Part shown: piece by piece, positions 27,290-38,858 of the stretch
Position numbering within the stretch: the first letter of the stretch is position 1
How the letters are laid out: every line of letters starts with the position of its first letter
Source of the DNA: Conidiobolus incongruus B7586
Taxonomy: Eukaryota
Assembly (NCBI GenBank): GCA_000697335.1
Contig: JNEM01009194.1
Coordinates: forward strand, 1 to 44,322
Direction: 5' to 3'
Length of the DNA stretch: 44,322 nt
Program-made: the position numbers and the translations under genes
Notes under the pieces: model-generated
What the model was told of the DNA's origin: nothing
Seen by the model: the letters and a program-made list of their open reading frames with translations, nothing else
Databases searched by the model: none

Positions 27290-27410
27290 TTGATTGGCCA
27301 ATTACCATAAATTTGAGAGGTTGGATTAGTGTATGTCAATTTAGAAATTAGAGCTACTTGGCTTGAAAGAGACAATTGAGTAAAAGACTTGCCAATTCCT
27401 GATTGGAGAT
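27290..27410. promoter_or_regulatory. Cluster of CCAAT boxes upstream of noxR
   Basis: GATTGGCCAAT at about 27292, GCCAAT at about 27391 and GATTGG at about 27401 in a GC-richer patch 200-310 nt upstream of the ATG. Confidence 0.4.
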
Positions 27411-27602
27411 TGTGTTCGAGTATATTAGCAATTTTGTTCATTCCTAATTGTTGCTTTTAATCCACTTTTCTTATAACCTCTTTCTTTAACCCTTTTCATT
27501 TTTTTCAATTTTATACTTTTTAATTAATTAATTGAATCATACAAATATAAACATATTGAATTTAATATTTAAAATTAGAATTGGAATTTATATCTCAATA
27601 AA

Positions 27603-29213
27603 ATGGCTTATAAAGCAGGGCTAGAACAGTGGAGTTTAGCTGTCAAAGCTTACGAAAATCAGAACTATGAAGAAGCATTGAACATTTTCACCGATATGGG
27701 AGGTGGTTCAAAAATCCAATATAATATCGGTACTATTTATGCACTGTTGGGGGATTATGACTTGGCTGTAAGCAGTTTGAAATTTAATTACAGAATTAAT
27801 TAATTAATTAATTTTTTAGATTGCTTCTTTTACCAACTCTATTCAAATGGATGGTTATTTCGCGATTGGTTATTTTGAAAGAGGAATCTGTAATTTTAAA
27901 ATTCAGGATTTAGAATCTGCTTTTGAAGATTTTAATAATGCTCTATTGGTAAATATTTTGTATCTTAAACGATAAGAATAATAATTAACTTATTTTCATA
28001 GTATTTAAGGGGAAATTTATTCATTGATTATTTCCAACTTGGAATGGATTTTAAATTATATTCTTGTGAAGTATTATACAATCGTGCACTGTGTTACTTC
28101 AAAATGAACCAACCTGAAGAAGCTATGAATGATTTATTGGCCGCTTTTAATGACAAAATCGAAGAAAGACATACTCTCATTGCTCATGCTCTCGAAGTAG
28201 CTGGTAAAGGTTGTGATTTATTCACTGTACCCACTGGAACAATATTTCGCCCTTGTGAGAGTATGGTCCGTAATACTAAAAAAATTGATTATTTGGGTCA
28301 AGCCAAATTAATCGCTGCCAACAATGCACCTCCAACTGTTGGACTCCAAAGAAGTAAAACTGAGAGAAAATTCCCTGAACCGGCCAGAAAAGACACACCT
28401 GTTTCTCCTTTGGGTGGTCAGCCGCTACAGCGAAGAGGTACTGCTGGAGATATTCCTATCCTTAATTCTAACGCTCCCCCTGTTCCTCAAATGTCTTTAC
28501 TTCGCAAAATATCCCTTGCTTCTCAAAGAGGAACTCAAAGTGCTGGTGCTAGCGGCAATGCAACTCCCAGTCCCATCAATACTAATGCAAAACCTATTAA
28601 CATCACACCTGCACCTTTGTCAGCTACTGTTCTCAAAAGGTCAATGACATTACCCAATCAAGGACCCTTGTCTGCAACACTTCCAGCCAACCATTCACCT
28701 GATACTGCTGGTTTACTCCCAATCCCCAAATTCTCACCCATTATGAATGCTAACCCACCTAATCCACCATCCCAAGATACAAATAATCCTCGCACTCCTC
28801 TCTGCTCGAGTCCTGAAGATGATGCAATGTTCCCTTCACCTCCAAGTCTCACAAATAGCTATACCTCTTTACCAAGCCCTAATGCCTATTCTGAGCCTGA
28901 ATTGAAATTCAGAGCACCAGTGCCTAAAGGTAAAATGAAGGTCAAATGTCATTTTGGCGACACTCGTACTCTCATGGTCAATGCAGATATCTCTTTTGAA
29001 GAATTGCAGCATAAGATTCAAAAGAAATTTTCTGTAAATGAGGGGCTCAAACTGAGATATAAGGATGAAGACAATGAACTCGTTCTCATCACTGATCAGG
29101 AAGACCTTGATATGGCTCTTGATAGTCTCTGCCCCAATTCTGATGGAACTGTTAGTCACCTCGATCCTGGGAGCGGTTTTGATGGCAGGTTCGAAATTTG
29201 GTGTTCCATTTAA
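27603..29213 (+). CDS. noxR: NADPH oxidase regulator NoxR (p67phox homolog)
   Basis: Exons 27603-27767, 27820-27948, 28002-29213. TPR region with LRGNLFIDYFQLGMDFKLYSCEVLYN, activation segment TIFRP...DYLGQAKLI, Pro-rich linker and C-terminal PB1 (KVKCHF...YKDEDNELVLITDQEDL). Confidence 0.93.
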
Positions 29214-29504
29214 TTATGGAATGAATTTTATTTAAAATATTGAATTGATATCTAAAAATAGTTTTAATATCATACTATTTGAATTTGCAATTAGAATTAA
29301 CAAAAATATTGAGATTGATTTTTATCACTACTAACTCATTCATCATATTTGTATTTGTGTTATCAAATTAATTAAAATAAATATTACATTTATATGAAAA
29401 TGTTATTTAATATATATTTCTTATATTAATAGCAATAATTGAAATAAAATTAAAAATTAAAAATTAAAAATTAAAATGTTTTAATGTATATCAATAATAT
29501 ATAT

Positions 29505-30971
29505 TTATAAATTCTGAGATAAATCATCAGGGTGATATAATTCTAAAGATAAACTATTAAGAGATTTGCTAGTGTAGATTCCACTACATTATAAATATTA
29601 GCTAAAAGTTCATTCATAATTGATAAATTAGATTACCTATTAGTAATAAAATAATCCACTTGGCTAGTTGGAATAAAATCGAATAAAGGAGATAACACTT
29701 CAGTATTTTGTATAATGTGAGCTAAATGATAAAATGTTAGTAATAAGAATCTCAAATTTGAAAATAATTCACTGACCATGATTGAATTGAATTAAATTAC
29801 TGGGAGATGATAGCATATTGATGGCATCTGGACTGTCCAAAGGTTTACAGCTTAATTTATGAATACCAGCAATTACAAATACTGGAACTTTGTAATAATT
29901 AGCGGATTGAACGATGCTTTGAATACCAGAGAAAGTCATCATAATTTCATTTAAAAATACTTAATAGTATTAATAATTGATTGGTTTAAATATAATAAGA
30001 AGATTATCTAAATACCTGATTTAGTGCCAATTAATACTCTGTCAATCTTTGGCATAATTGAAAAGACGTTTGAGAGTGGGATGAATGTAACGTTGACATT
30101 GGTTCCATTCAAATTCTTGACTAAATTTTGACCATCCTCTCTATGTATAGTTTAATACCATATAATCATTAATTGATGATTTAGTATTAAACTTACTTGT
30201 TAGAAGATTCAACAACAACCAATTGGAATTTAATATGCTTAGAAGCTGATTTTAAAAATTCTTCAACGGAGCGAGATTTGCCCATAGTTAAAATAATTTC
30301 GCTAGATTGAATAAAATTAGTGATGAATGCCAAAGATAGATGATTGAAATTACTTAGGTTGAATAGTTTCTTTAGCGTGATGAGCTATCGAGGTATAAAT
30401 ACTTACAAACTCCTCAATTGCATCTTGAATATTCTCTAAAATAGGTTGAATGAGATGTAATCATTCAAAAATGTTAGAATTAAGGAAAATAATAAATGAT
30501 CAAGTATAAATAATATTAATATGAATATAAAAAAGGATATTTTTTGGATTTTGATCGTATTGAATGGATAAAATATCTTTTTTGCTCTGATAAAATTGGT
30601 TAATATGCTCATCCCTAATGAAAAATAAAATCCTTTTAATGGTATTTTCAACACCGGGTTCTAAAATATATTTAATTATTAATTTTAAGTCACTAAAAAT
30701 TTCATTACCTTGAGCTGAAGCCTTGGTCAATTGATGTCCAATTCTAGTAACGTCATCAATAAGTTCTTGAACTGTGTTAAATTCAATATTTGAAAAATAG
30801 TTTTTGAAAAATAATAAAGTCTCAGTTGAACTTGACCAAGTACCAACTAAGGATCTATTAGAAATATTATTTGAATAAATATAGTTGTGACAAAAATAAT
30901 TTTATATTATACCCTCTCTTTAAATTTGAAATTAATTGGTTTAATTGTTGATTAATACTAACTTTTGACAT
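29505..30971 (-). CDS. GCD7: Translation initiation factor eIF2B beta subunit (Gcd7/EIF2B2)
   Basis: Spliced protein: LISNLKRG, ENTIKRILFFIRDE, EIILTMGKSRSVEEFLKSA, VFSIMPKIDRVLIGT, VPVFVIAGIHKL, PYSDFIP and terminal LYHPDD. The third intron is AT-AC. Confidence 0.9.
30457..30540 (-). other. U12-type (minor spliceosome) AT-AC intron, 84 nt
   Basis: Begins ATATCCTTTT, contains TTTTCCTTAAT then TCTAAC, ends TTAC. Removal joins ...NPK-N-LIQPILENIQD in frame and removes in-frame stops. Confidence 0.85.
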
Positions 30972-31198
30972 TTTAACAAATTATAATAATTTAATATAGA
31001 ATGTTATTAAATTAAATAATATACTGCTGCTTGAAAGACAAGGTTTATAACAGTTATCTATCGTTTTGATTTTATGGGACCAAGATCTTCTAACTAATAT
31101 ATTGAATTGTGAATGGATAAATATAAAATTTTTATAATTGAATAATTTATTATAAATTTATTGCTTTCCAAAATTATAAATTACTCTAAAATACTTAT

Positions 31199-31201
<3 letters not shown>

Positions 31202-31225
<24 letters not shown>
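31202..31225. repeat. (TA)12 microsatellite
   Basis: Perfect TA run read directly. Confidence 0.9.
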
Positions 31226-31229
<4 letters not shown>

Positions 31230-32306
31230 TTAAATAGTACTATATTAATAAAACTAAAATTTTTAATATAATTTGATAATTTCAATGTTTTTACATTAAA
31301 AGGTATAAATATTGATATCAAATATTTTATTATGGAATTAAATATTATATACCTATAAACCAAGTTCACTGGTTATGAAATAGCAATTAAAACTTTATAT
31401 ATTACGAGATTAATATTAATTAACTCTCAAAATTATGTATAAACAATATAGATAAAATTAAAACAAAACTTTTACAAATATATTGAAATTTCTAGCTAAA
31501 GAATATAAGAAAATCGAGAAAAATAATAAATTTTTAATGTAAAAATAGCTTGAAGTCAATATGTATAGTTTGAAAATAAAATCAAAATTAAAATAATTAA
31601 ATACAAAATAGACTATAATGATATTAAAAATATTATATTTTCAATGTAGAAATTATAAATTGATTAACTAAAAAGTCGAAAGAAAAAATATATATTATAA
31701 AGAGAGAGGAAGAATTATGAATTATATATTATTATTACTAAAAACATTAATTATTTTTGAATAAAATATAAAAATTGAATCCAAAAACTAAATTCCGAAA
31801 AAAAAAATCATTGATTAAGAAAATAATTTGAGATGAATGAAATGAAAGAGGTGGAGATCATATATGTAGATCCAAATAATATTGACAGATAAGTAACTAG
31901 AACGTGTTGAGTATAAAAAGAGTAAAAAAATAAAATAAACAGATTAATTGAAAGGAAGAAATCAATATGAAGTAATGGAATGATGCAACTGACATTTGAA
32001 TTTAGTGTTTGAACAAAGATCATTTTCAATTTAAAAATAAATCTCCACTACTATAATTTTCAAAGGCTGTTAGTGAAATTAATCTTCCGTATAAAGTTAC
32101 CTATATTAATTATGATAAAACACTGAGTTAATAAGATTAGGTGATATGAAAATTTACAAACTTTTATCTTCCATAAATATGCTATAAATCAGTGTAGTAA
32201 TTAATATTGATCAGTTTACTACGTTGGTGGTGTACACTGTAGATTAGTATTTTTGACCAGGAGAAGCGAGTTTATTCTCTAATGGACCTTTATTCGAGGA
32301 GACTCT

Positions 32307-32768
32307 TTAGAATTTGGTGAATTGCTTGCTTCCGACGAGGGCCTTTTGGACCTTAAGAACGTTGAAACGGACGGTCTTAGAAAGGGGACGGCATTGACCG
32401 ACAGTAACCATATCGCCATTCTGAATACCGATGAAAGCGGGAGAAACGTGAGCGGCTAAGTTCTTGTGACGCTTTTCGTAACGGTTGTATTTGGGGATAT
32501 AGTGAAGGTACTCACGACGGACAATGAGGGTACGCTTCATCTTGGTGGAGACAACAACACCAGTTAAGACACGACCACGGATAGAGACATTTCCGGTGAA
32601 AGGACACTTCTTATCGATGTAAGTTCCTTCAATGGCTTCCTTGGGGGTCTTGAAACCCAAACCGACATCCTTATACCAACGGAGACCCTTAGCCTTCTTG
32701 GCGGCGTTCTTGCTGTTCAAGAAAACACCAGCTTGCTTTTGGAATGATCTTTCAACTTGTTCAGACAT
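32307..32768 (-). CDS. RPS11: 40S ribosomal protein S11 (uS17)
   Basis: Intronless 153 aa with [41 protein letters not shown]; strongly biased codon usage. Confidence 0.98.
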   Translation of the reverse strand: MSEQVERSFQKQAGVFLNSKNAAKKAKGLRWYKDVGLGFKTPKEAIEGTYIDKKCPFTGNVSIRGRVLTGVVVSTKMKRTLIVRREYLHYIPKYNRYEKRHKNLAAHVSPAFIGIQNGDMVTVGQCRPLSKTVRFNVLKVQKALVGSKQFTKF

Positions 32769-33381
32769 TGTTATGATTATTTTTCAATTGGGCAAAATTA
32801 ATCAAGCGAGTAAAAGCTTAATTGGTTTGGGCTGAATTTTGACCACGAGAGAGATTTTAACGCAATTTTTCCAAAAATAAAATTATTGATTATTATTCTC
32901 CTATTAAAATTGTGGGATTGCTGGATTTAATATTTTCACATTTTGATCTAATTAAATCAATTTATTATACAAATAAAAAATTTAAATAACAAAATACATC
33001 AGATATAAATGAGTATTATATTTTTCTTTATATATAAAATTTCTATTTATATTAGAGTTTTAATTTTTAATGCTAGATGTCGTTTTATAAGGAGAATTAT
33101 CAAGTAAATTTCTAATAACGTATTATTTATTAAAAAGATATATTTGAAATTTTTATAGCATTAATAGAGATAAAATAATATATATATCAAAATTGATAAT
33201 TATTTTATTTTTATAAATTATAATCATTGATCAAAATTATTTTTTATTGAAACCCGATAAATCTCAATTACAACTAAAAAACCCATAATATTTACTTTTT
33301 AATAATGATTTTAAAAAGACCATTTCGTTTGGATTCAATTAATTTATAAATTTCATTTATTCATTACTTCTATTATTTGAT

Positions 33382-33864
33382 ATGCCTAAAGTCATTTCAA
33401 AGTTTTCAGTATCAACATCAGACCAAAATTCTAAAAAATTAGAAACTCAGTCCATTAATGTATACTACTGCATCTGCGGCGAATACTGTCTAATAATGGA
33501 TAACTTAATAGAAAATATAAATCAAAGGAATACTGATAGAAGCTTTATTCTAAATAAAAATGAATTAAATTTCAAATTGAACGTGAATGACCATAAATTT
33601 GTATTAATTAAAAGGTATGTTTTGTTTTCAAGCTATTTTTAATATGCATTTTATTAATGATGCTGTATATCTTACAGAGAAAAGGGTTTAGAGCTCCAAA
33701 AACGTTTCAACTGTACCCGATGTGAACTCCCTTTAGGATATTATGGAAACATCCGCCTTCAAAATGGAGAAAAGGTAGAATGTGCATATATCTTTGAAGG
33801 AGCAGTTGTAAGTACACAAGCTAAATTACCGACACGAATTTCCCAGCGTAGAGGTGATCATTAA
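33382..33864 (+). CDS. STEEP1 (CXorf56/UPF0428)-like protein
   Basis: Exons 33382-33614 and 33678-33864: MPKVIS, VYYCICGEYCLI, RNTDRSFIL, IKREKGLELQKRFNCTRCELPLGY, YIFEGAV. Confidence 0.85.
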
Positions 33865-34250
33865 CTAGTCTTATTCGTGATTAATCCAGGACGACCTTCG
33901 AACAAGAGTTTCTCTCTGATTATGCACCGTAAATTGTAAGTTAAGTTGTTTGAAGCTTGAGCCTCCTGATGGCTGCTTTGGTTGACAATTAAAGCCAATG
34001 GCTCCTTCAAAACTGTACGCGTGCCGACGAGCTGTTGATTGCCTATATTAAGTTTGGGACGATTCTATTAAAATAAGCAATATGCTATACTAAAATTTAT
34101 AATAAAGATTACCTCATCAGTCAAATCCAAGTCACCAATGGTTAAATTATTTAAAGATGGTTGATTACTTTCGAAAGTTCCTTGAAGTTCTATTAATATC
34201 AGTTCATTATTATTGGTGCTGTTGGATTTCTTAATAAATATTTGAACCAT
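33861..34250 (-). CDS. CTF8: Ctf8 subunit of the Ctf18-RFC complex
   Basis: Exons 34250-34113 and 34064-33861: MVQI, LIELQG, IGDL, LNIGNQQLVG...LKEPLALI, IIREKLLFEGRP. Confidence 0.88.
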
Positions 34251-35758
34251 GTTGAAATCTAGATAAGTCAATTAAATTTGGTCATCACTTGAAATAATTG
34301 ATTTATGTTAATTAATTTTAGATTTTTTCATATGGGACAAATTTATGATTAAAAATTGGTTTGAATTCAATATAAAACATTAACTCTACACTCTATATAA
34401 AATAATATATGTAAATCTATATTTGGATCACTAAAAATCAATCTATTATTTCAAAATTTATATGGCAATATTTTAAAGCTAATAATAGGAATATATTTCA
34501 GCTTGAATGTCGAATTGATAAATGTAAATAAATTATTTGATTAATATAAATAAAAATATTAAATATTTTGGAAATTATAAACTCTAATAAATTTATCAAA
34601 TATACCATATTTTGTTCATTTTTTTTATTATTGATTAGAGTACAAATATATTTTCAAATATTAGTATTACTTAATTGGAATTTATATTATATCTATTTAT
34701 TTCGAAGAAAATATCATACTACTTCAAATGCATATCCTTGATTGAATCATGAATAAATTTAACTTTCACTTCAGTATATATTTGTTATAATATTATTACT
34801 TTATACTGATTTCTTAAGTTATAACGTCAATATCGTAATTATTTATAAGTAAATCGTTTATTAAAAACATCATAATATAATATGATATATTAATTACAAA
34901 TTGAATTTTATTTTTATATATCTGCTTAAATTAGATCAAATATTTTAAAGTAATAGAAATTTAATATTAATAATAACAAATGATATATTTCAAAGAAATA
35001 AACTATATTACCTCAAAAATACTAATGGCAATTAATTAAAAGATATAACATTATACAAATTGCAAAATGACCAATTCATATTATCAGTCTATAAACTATT
35101 TAGTTTTTTATTGGAATTGAACCTAATAAAATTATGTTTATAATTGATCAAATTAAAATTTAATTCTGATAATAGATGAATTATACAAAATTAAATGATT
35201 AATTTAGTAGGTATTTGAAATATTTTATACTAGATTAAAATTATAAAAAAATGGTGAAAATTATTGATTAATCTCACTACATGTAGCTTTATATTTCAAA
35301 ATTAATTATGGTTAGAGTTTATAATTGCCATTAAAAATTCAAATTAATTAGGCTAAAAGATTACAGAATATTAAAATTTTAAATTAATAAATTCATATAT
35401 AAATTATATCATCAAAAATTAAGTCATTATTAATATAGTGTAAAAATCATACTGATAATTAGTATCTATTTTTTCACAGTTTATAAGTTTATAAATATAT
35501 TATCTGGTTATATTTAAAAAATTATATTACAAAATTCCGAATAGAAATAAATATATCTCAGTTTAATGATATAAGCAATTCAATTTTAATATTTCATATT
35601 ATATCACAATAAATGAACTTGTATATTTCTGTTCTAATAACTATTATTGTCAATTAGGAGTTGATTTGACTTCATTTTACACTAAATTTATAATAAATAC
35701 ATAATTTTAATTAGTATATTAATATAAAATTTATCTAAGAAATTTTTATGGAAGTATC

Positions 35759-35794
35759 AAGATATACTTTGTATAAAGAAACAAAGTATATCTT
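35759..35794. repeat. Perfect 14-bp inverted repeat with 8-nt spacer
   Basis: AAGATATACTTTGT (35759-35772) and ACAAAGTATATCTT (35781-35794). Confidence 0.9.
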
Positions 35795-36064
35795 TGGGTA
35801 ACAATGAATGTGGATTTTGATTAAATCATCCGAATTTAAAAATTTAATATGAGTAAAAATGATTTTAGATCTTCACAAAATAATGAATATAAATTTAACA
35901 CTAAAAATTAGAATAAAGGGTTAATTGAATAATTTCCGTAGTCTTTGTAACTGTTCGCCAAGCTTCATATTTATCACCACTTATTATAATATTATAAAAT
36001 TTTAATATAAATATTTTTTATATTTAATTTAATTCTTTTCCAAATTTTTAATCTAATTTTTAAA

Positions 36065-36999
36065 ATGAACTCTCAACCAACACCAATTTCACTTACACCT
36101 ACTGAAGATCAAACCAAGACTCTTTACATTATTGCAGGGTATTCAGTTGCTATATTGTTTTTATGGAATGTACCCTACCTCAGAACGATATTATACCCAT
36201 TCAAAGTATACTTAGTACTTTAAAATATTAAATTTATTTATTCACTTAATATAATTTAGTTAGTAACGGTAGCATTTCATGAAATGGGTCACGCTCTAGC
36301 TGGTCTGTGTACAGGTGCTAAAATCATTTCTATTGAAGTGGATCCTGAACAAGGAGGAGCAACCAGAATGGTAAATAAATAAACCAAATTTGCTAGCTTC
36401 AACTTATTGATCATTTGAAATAGAGAGGTGGTACTGATTGTTGGACACTACCTGCAGGTAAACTTCAAAAGTTCTACATTAAATAACTTCATACTGATAT
36501 TTTAATAGGCTATTTGGGTAGTTCTTTAATCGGAGCTTTTATGGTATTCTGTGGATTTAATGTCTTGGCTTCAAAAATCATGTCAGTAGTCATTGGATTA
36601 TGTCTATTGGGATGCTTATTTTGGGCTAAAAATTGGTTATTGAGGGGATTAACTGTATTATTCATAGGATTGATCGCTTTATTATGGTGGTTCCAAAATG
36701 GTATCGGCTTAAGATATTTTATCTTATTTATGGGGTAAGTTCATTATTTTTAATAATATAAAATATTCTAATGTATTGCATTTAGAGTTATGAGTGGATT
36801 ATACAGTCTTTGGGATATTGTAGAAGATTTAGTAGTGCGTAAAGTGAATGAAAGTGATGCAAGTAGATTTGCAAAAATGTGCCATATGCCTTCTCAATTT
36901 TGTGGTTTTATTTGGTTTTTAATCTCTTTGATATTTATGATTGCGGGTATACTGTTTGGAATAATTGCCTTTAAATCAGCCGATCAAGTACCAGCATAA
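36065..36999 (+). CDS. Peptidase M50B-like membrane metalloprotease
   Basis: Five exons joined by GT-AG introns give LYPFKLVTVAFHEMGHA (HExxH), GGATRMRGG, LPAGYLGSS, several transmembrane helices and NESDA. Confidence 0.88.
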
Positions 37000-37078
37000 C
37001 TTTAGCCTTTGCCAAACTTTTATAAATTCAATATTTACATATTTTTGACTTTTAATAAATAATTTTGGATTTCATTTA

Positions 37079-37871
37079 TTAAGACTTTAAAATATTACCA
37101 ATGGCTTCTAATATTGTGTAAACAAGTGGCGAGTTAGTCGGTTTAATCGTGATGGTACATTGTTGAATTGGTAACTGATAAAATCCAATTTCAATTAAAA
37201 ATAAATTTCCATTATTCAATTTTAATGATATAAATAAATAATACTAAATATTAAATACATTAATAAATTTGATAAATCATGAAAATTGTATATATTATTA
37301 CCTTATTATTAATTAATCTATCAGCTACTGTAAACACATTATTTAAATGTAATTTTTCTCTAATTTGCTTAACTGTACCAATTGGATTAATATTATGAAC
37401 TTCAATTGTATGCTCGCCAATAGCACCATACTCAGGCCATAATTGAAGGAAATCAGATTGATCAAGACATCCCTGTTCGTTGAAAAGGATATGCAGTGAA
37501 AAAGTAGTTTGTGTGAAGAAAATACCTAGATTAGTTCGAAATGCAAGTTGTAACATGTTGATTGGCTCAGCTGGACCGATAGCTCCATTGAGATTGAGGT
37601 CAATAGTCATATCAACACTTTGGAAAGGATTCAAAGCTTGAGGAAATTGAATATTTGGAGCTAAACACAGACCAAAAGGATTCTTGTTTATTTGAATGGC
37701 GAAATCAGTTAATGGATTATTATTACGATTGATTAGTTTTAAGTCAAATTGAATCTTTCCTTTACGTCGACAAAAAGTGCCTAAAATTTCTAAACCTTGG
37801 CTAGTTTGAGGATTAAGCAAAGTAGATTTTGGAGGAATGTAAATAAGATTATCTTGCTCAAATAAATTCAT
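37079..37871 (-). CDS. Stand-alone beta-adaptin (AP-1/AP-2 beta) appendage domain protein, about 244 aa
   Basis: Exons 37871-37302 and 37243-37079. YIPPK, GLEILGTFCRR, LTDFAIQINKNPFGL, LQLAFRTN, LHILFNEQG, FLQLW and LFISLKLNNG match the beta1/beta2 ear sandwich and platform subdomains. Confidence 0.85.
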
Positions 37872-38014
37872 ATTGTTATTTCAATTATTTATTTAAAAAG
37901 AATTGTGAATTCTCAATCGTAAGTCACAAGTTTAAATTGAACATCAAACAAATGTAGTTAAAAATTCGAATTATCCCATAAATTTGATTATCATAAAATC
38001 TTATTAAATTTACC

Positions 38015-38858
38015 ATGTTTATCAGCCATCAAATATTATAATTTTTTATTAATATCATCAAAAAGAATACCTTCCAAGTATAATCTTCAATAATTAAATG
38101 ATTCATTAATTCACCATTTAAAATTACTTGTTAAAGGCCAAACACATCAATTAAAATATCAAAAACTGATTGTTTTTGTAAGAGATGTTTTAACTGGTTT
38201 AAATAAGAATTAAATTCATTTTCGACAATTGGGAATTACTCAATTCAACTCTACTCCCATCTCGAAAATTCATGTTATAGCTAATGAGAATAAATCAGAC
38301 AATTACTACTCAATATCTATTAGTCAGATCAAGCAATTAACAAGTGAAACTCACAAACCTAATCCCAAAGAGATATGGGGAGAAGTGAGTATGCCTAATA
38401 TGATTAAATTGAATGAACAGCATTTAAATCAATTTTCTCCTACAGATACCCTTTTGTTTTCTCCCTCTTTTGGACATGGAACAATGGCAAGTTTGATTAG
38501 AACGAGTTTGGGATTGGGATAGCGAAATATTATAAACCTAGCAATTGTCACTTGTTTAATCCAGTTAGTTTGAGATTGCCATAATCCAGCCTGTTTTGAA
38601 CATAATTTATACATATGATCCTAGTGATTTGAAATCATATATCGCCATGGCCTAATATTTAATATAGATGAGCTAAATATAGAACAAATTGATTGGGACA
38701 TGGATAATACACAAAAATTTATGTCAAAGGAGAATATTCATCTTAAACTTACTTGTTTAAACTGCATTCCAAACAAAATGTGCAATGATCAAGTATTAGA
38801 CTCCTTGATATCCGGTTATTTAATAATATCCAAATTAAGGCAGCATTATGATGCTTGA
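38015..38858 (+). pseudogene. Decayed SpoU/TrmH-family (MRM3-like) RNA methyltransferase
   Basis: Fragments LNDSLIHHLKLL, GTMASLIRTSLGLG* (TAG where Trp is expected), CHLFNPVSLR..SSLF in a shifted frame and IPN...DSLISGYLII follow SpoU motif order; several stops and a frameshift. Confidence 0.55.

Noticed and set aside
30461..30463. In-frame TGA in eIF2B-beta as possible selenocysteine or recoding
   Set aside because: It lies inside the AT-AC intron. Stops in the relics come with frameshifts, and intact genes end at TAA/TAG/TGA normally, so there is no sign of a code change.
37483..37492. ATATCCTTTT (U12 donor-like) on the minus strand in the beta-ear gene
   Set aside because: It encodes the conserved HILF inside an uninterrupted ORF; no intron is needed.
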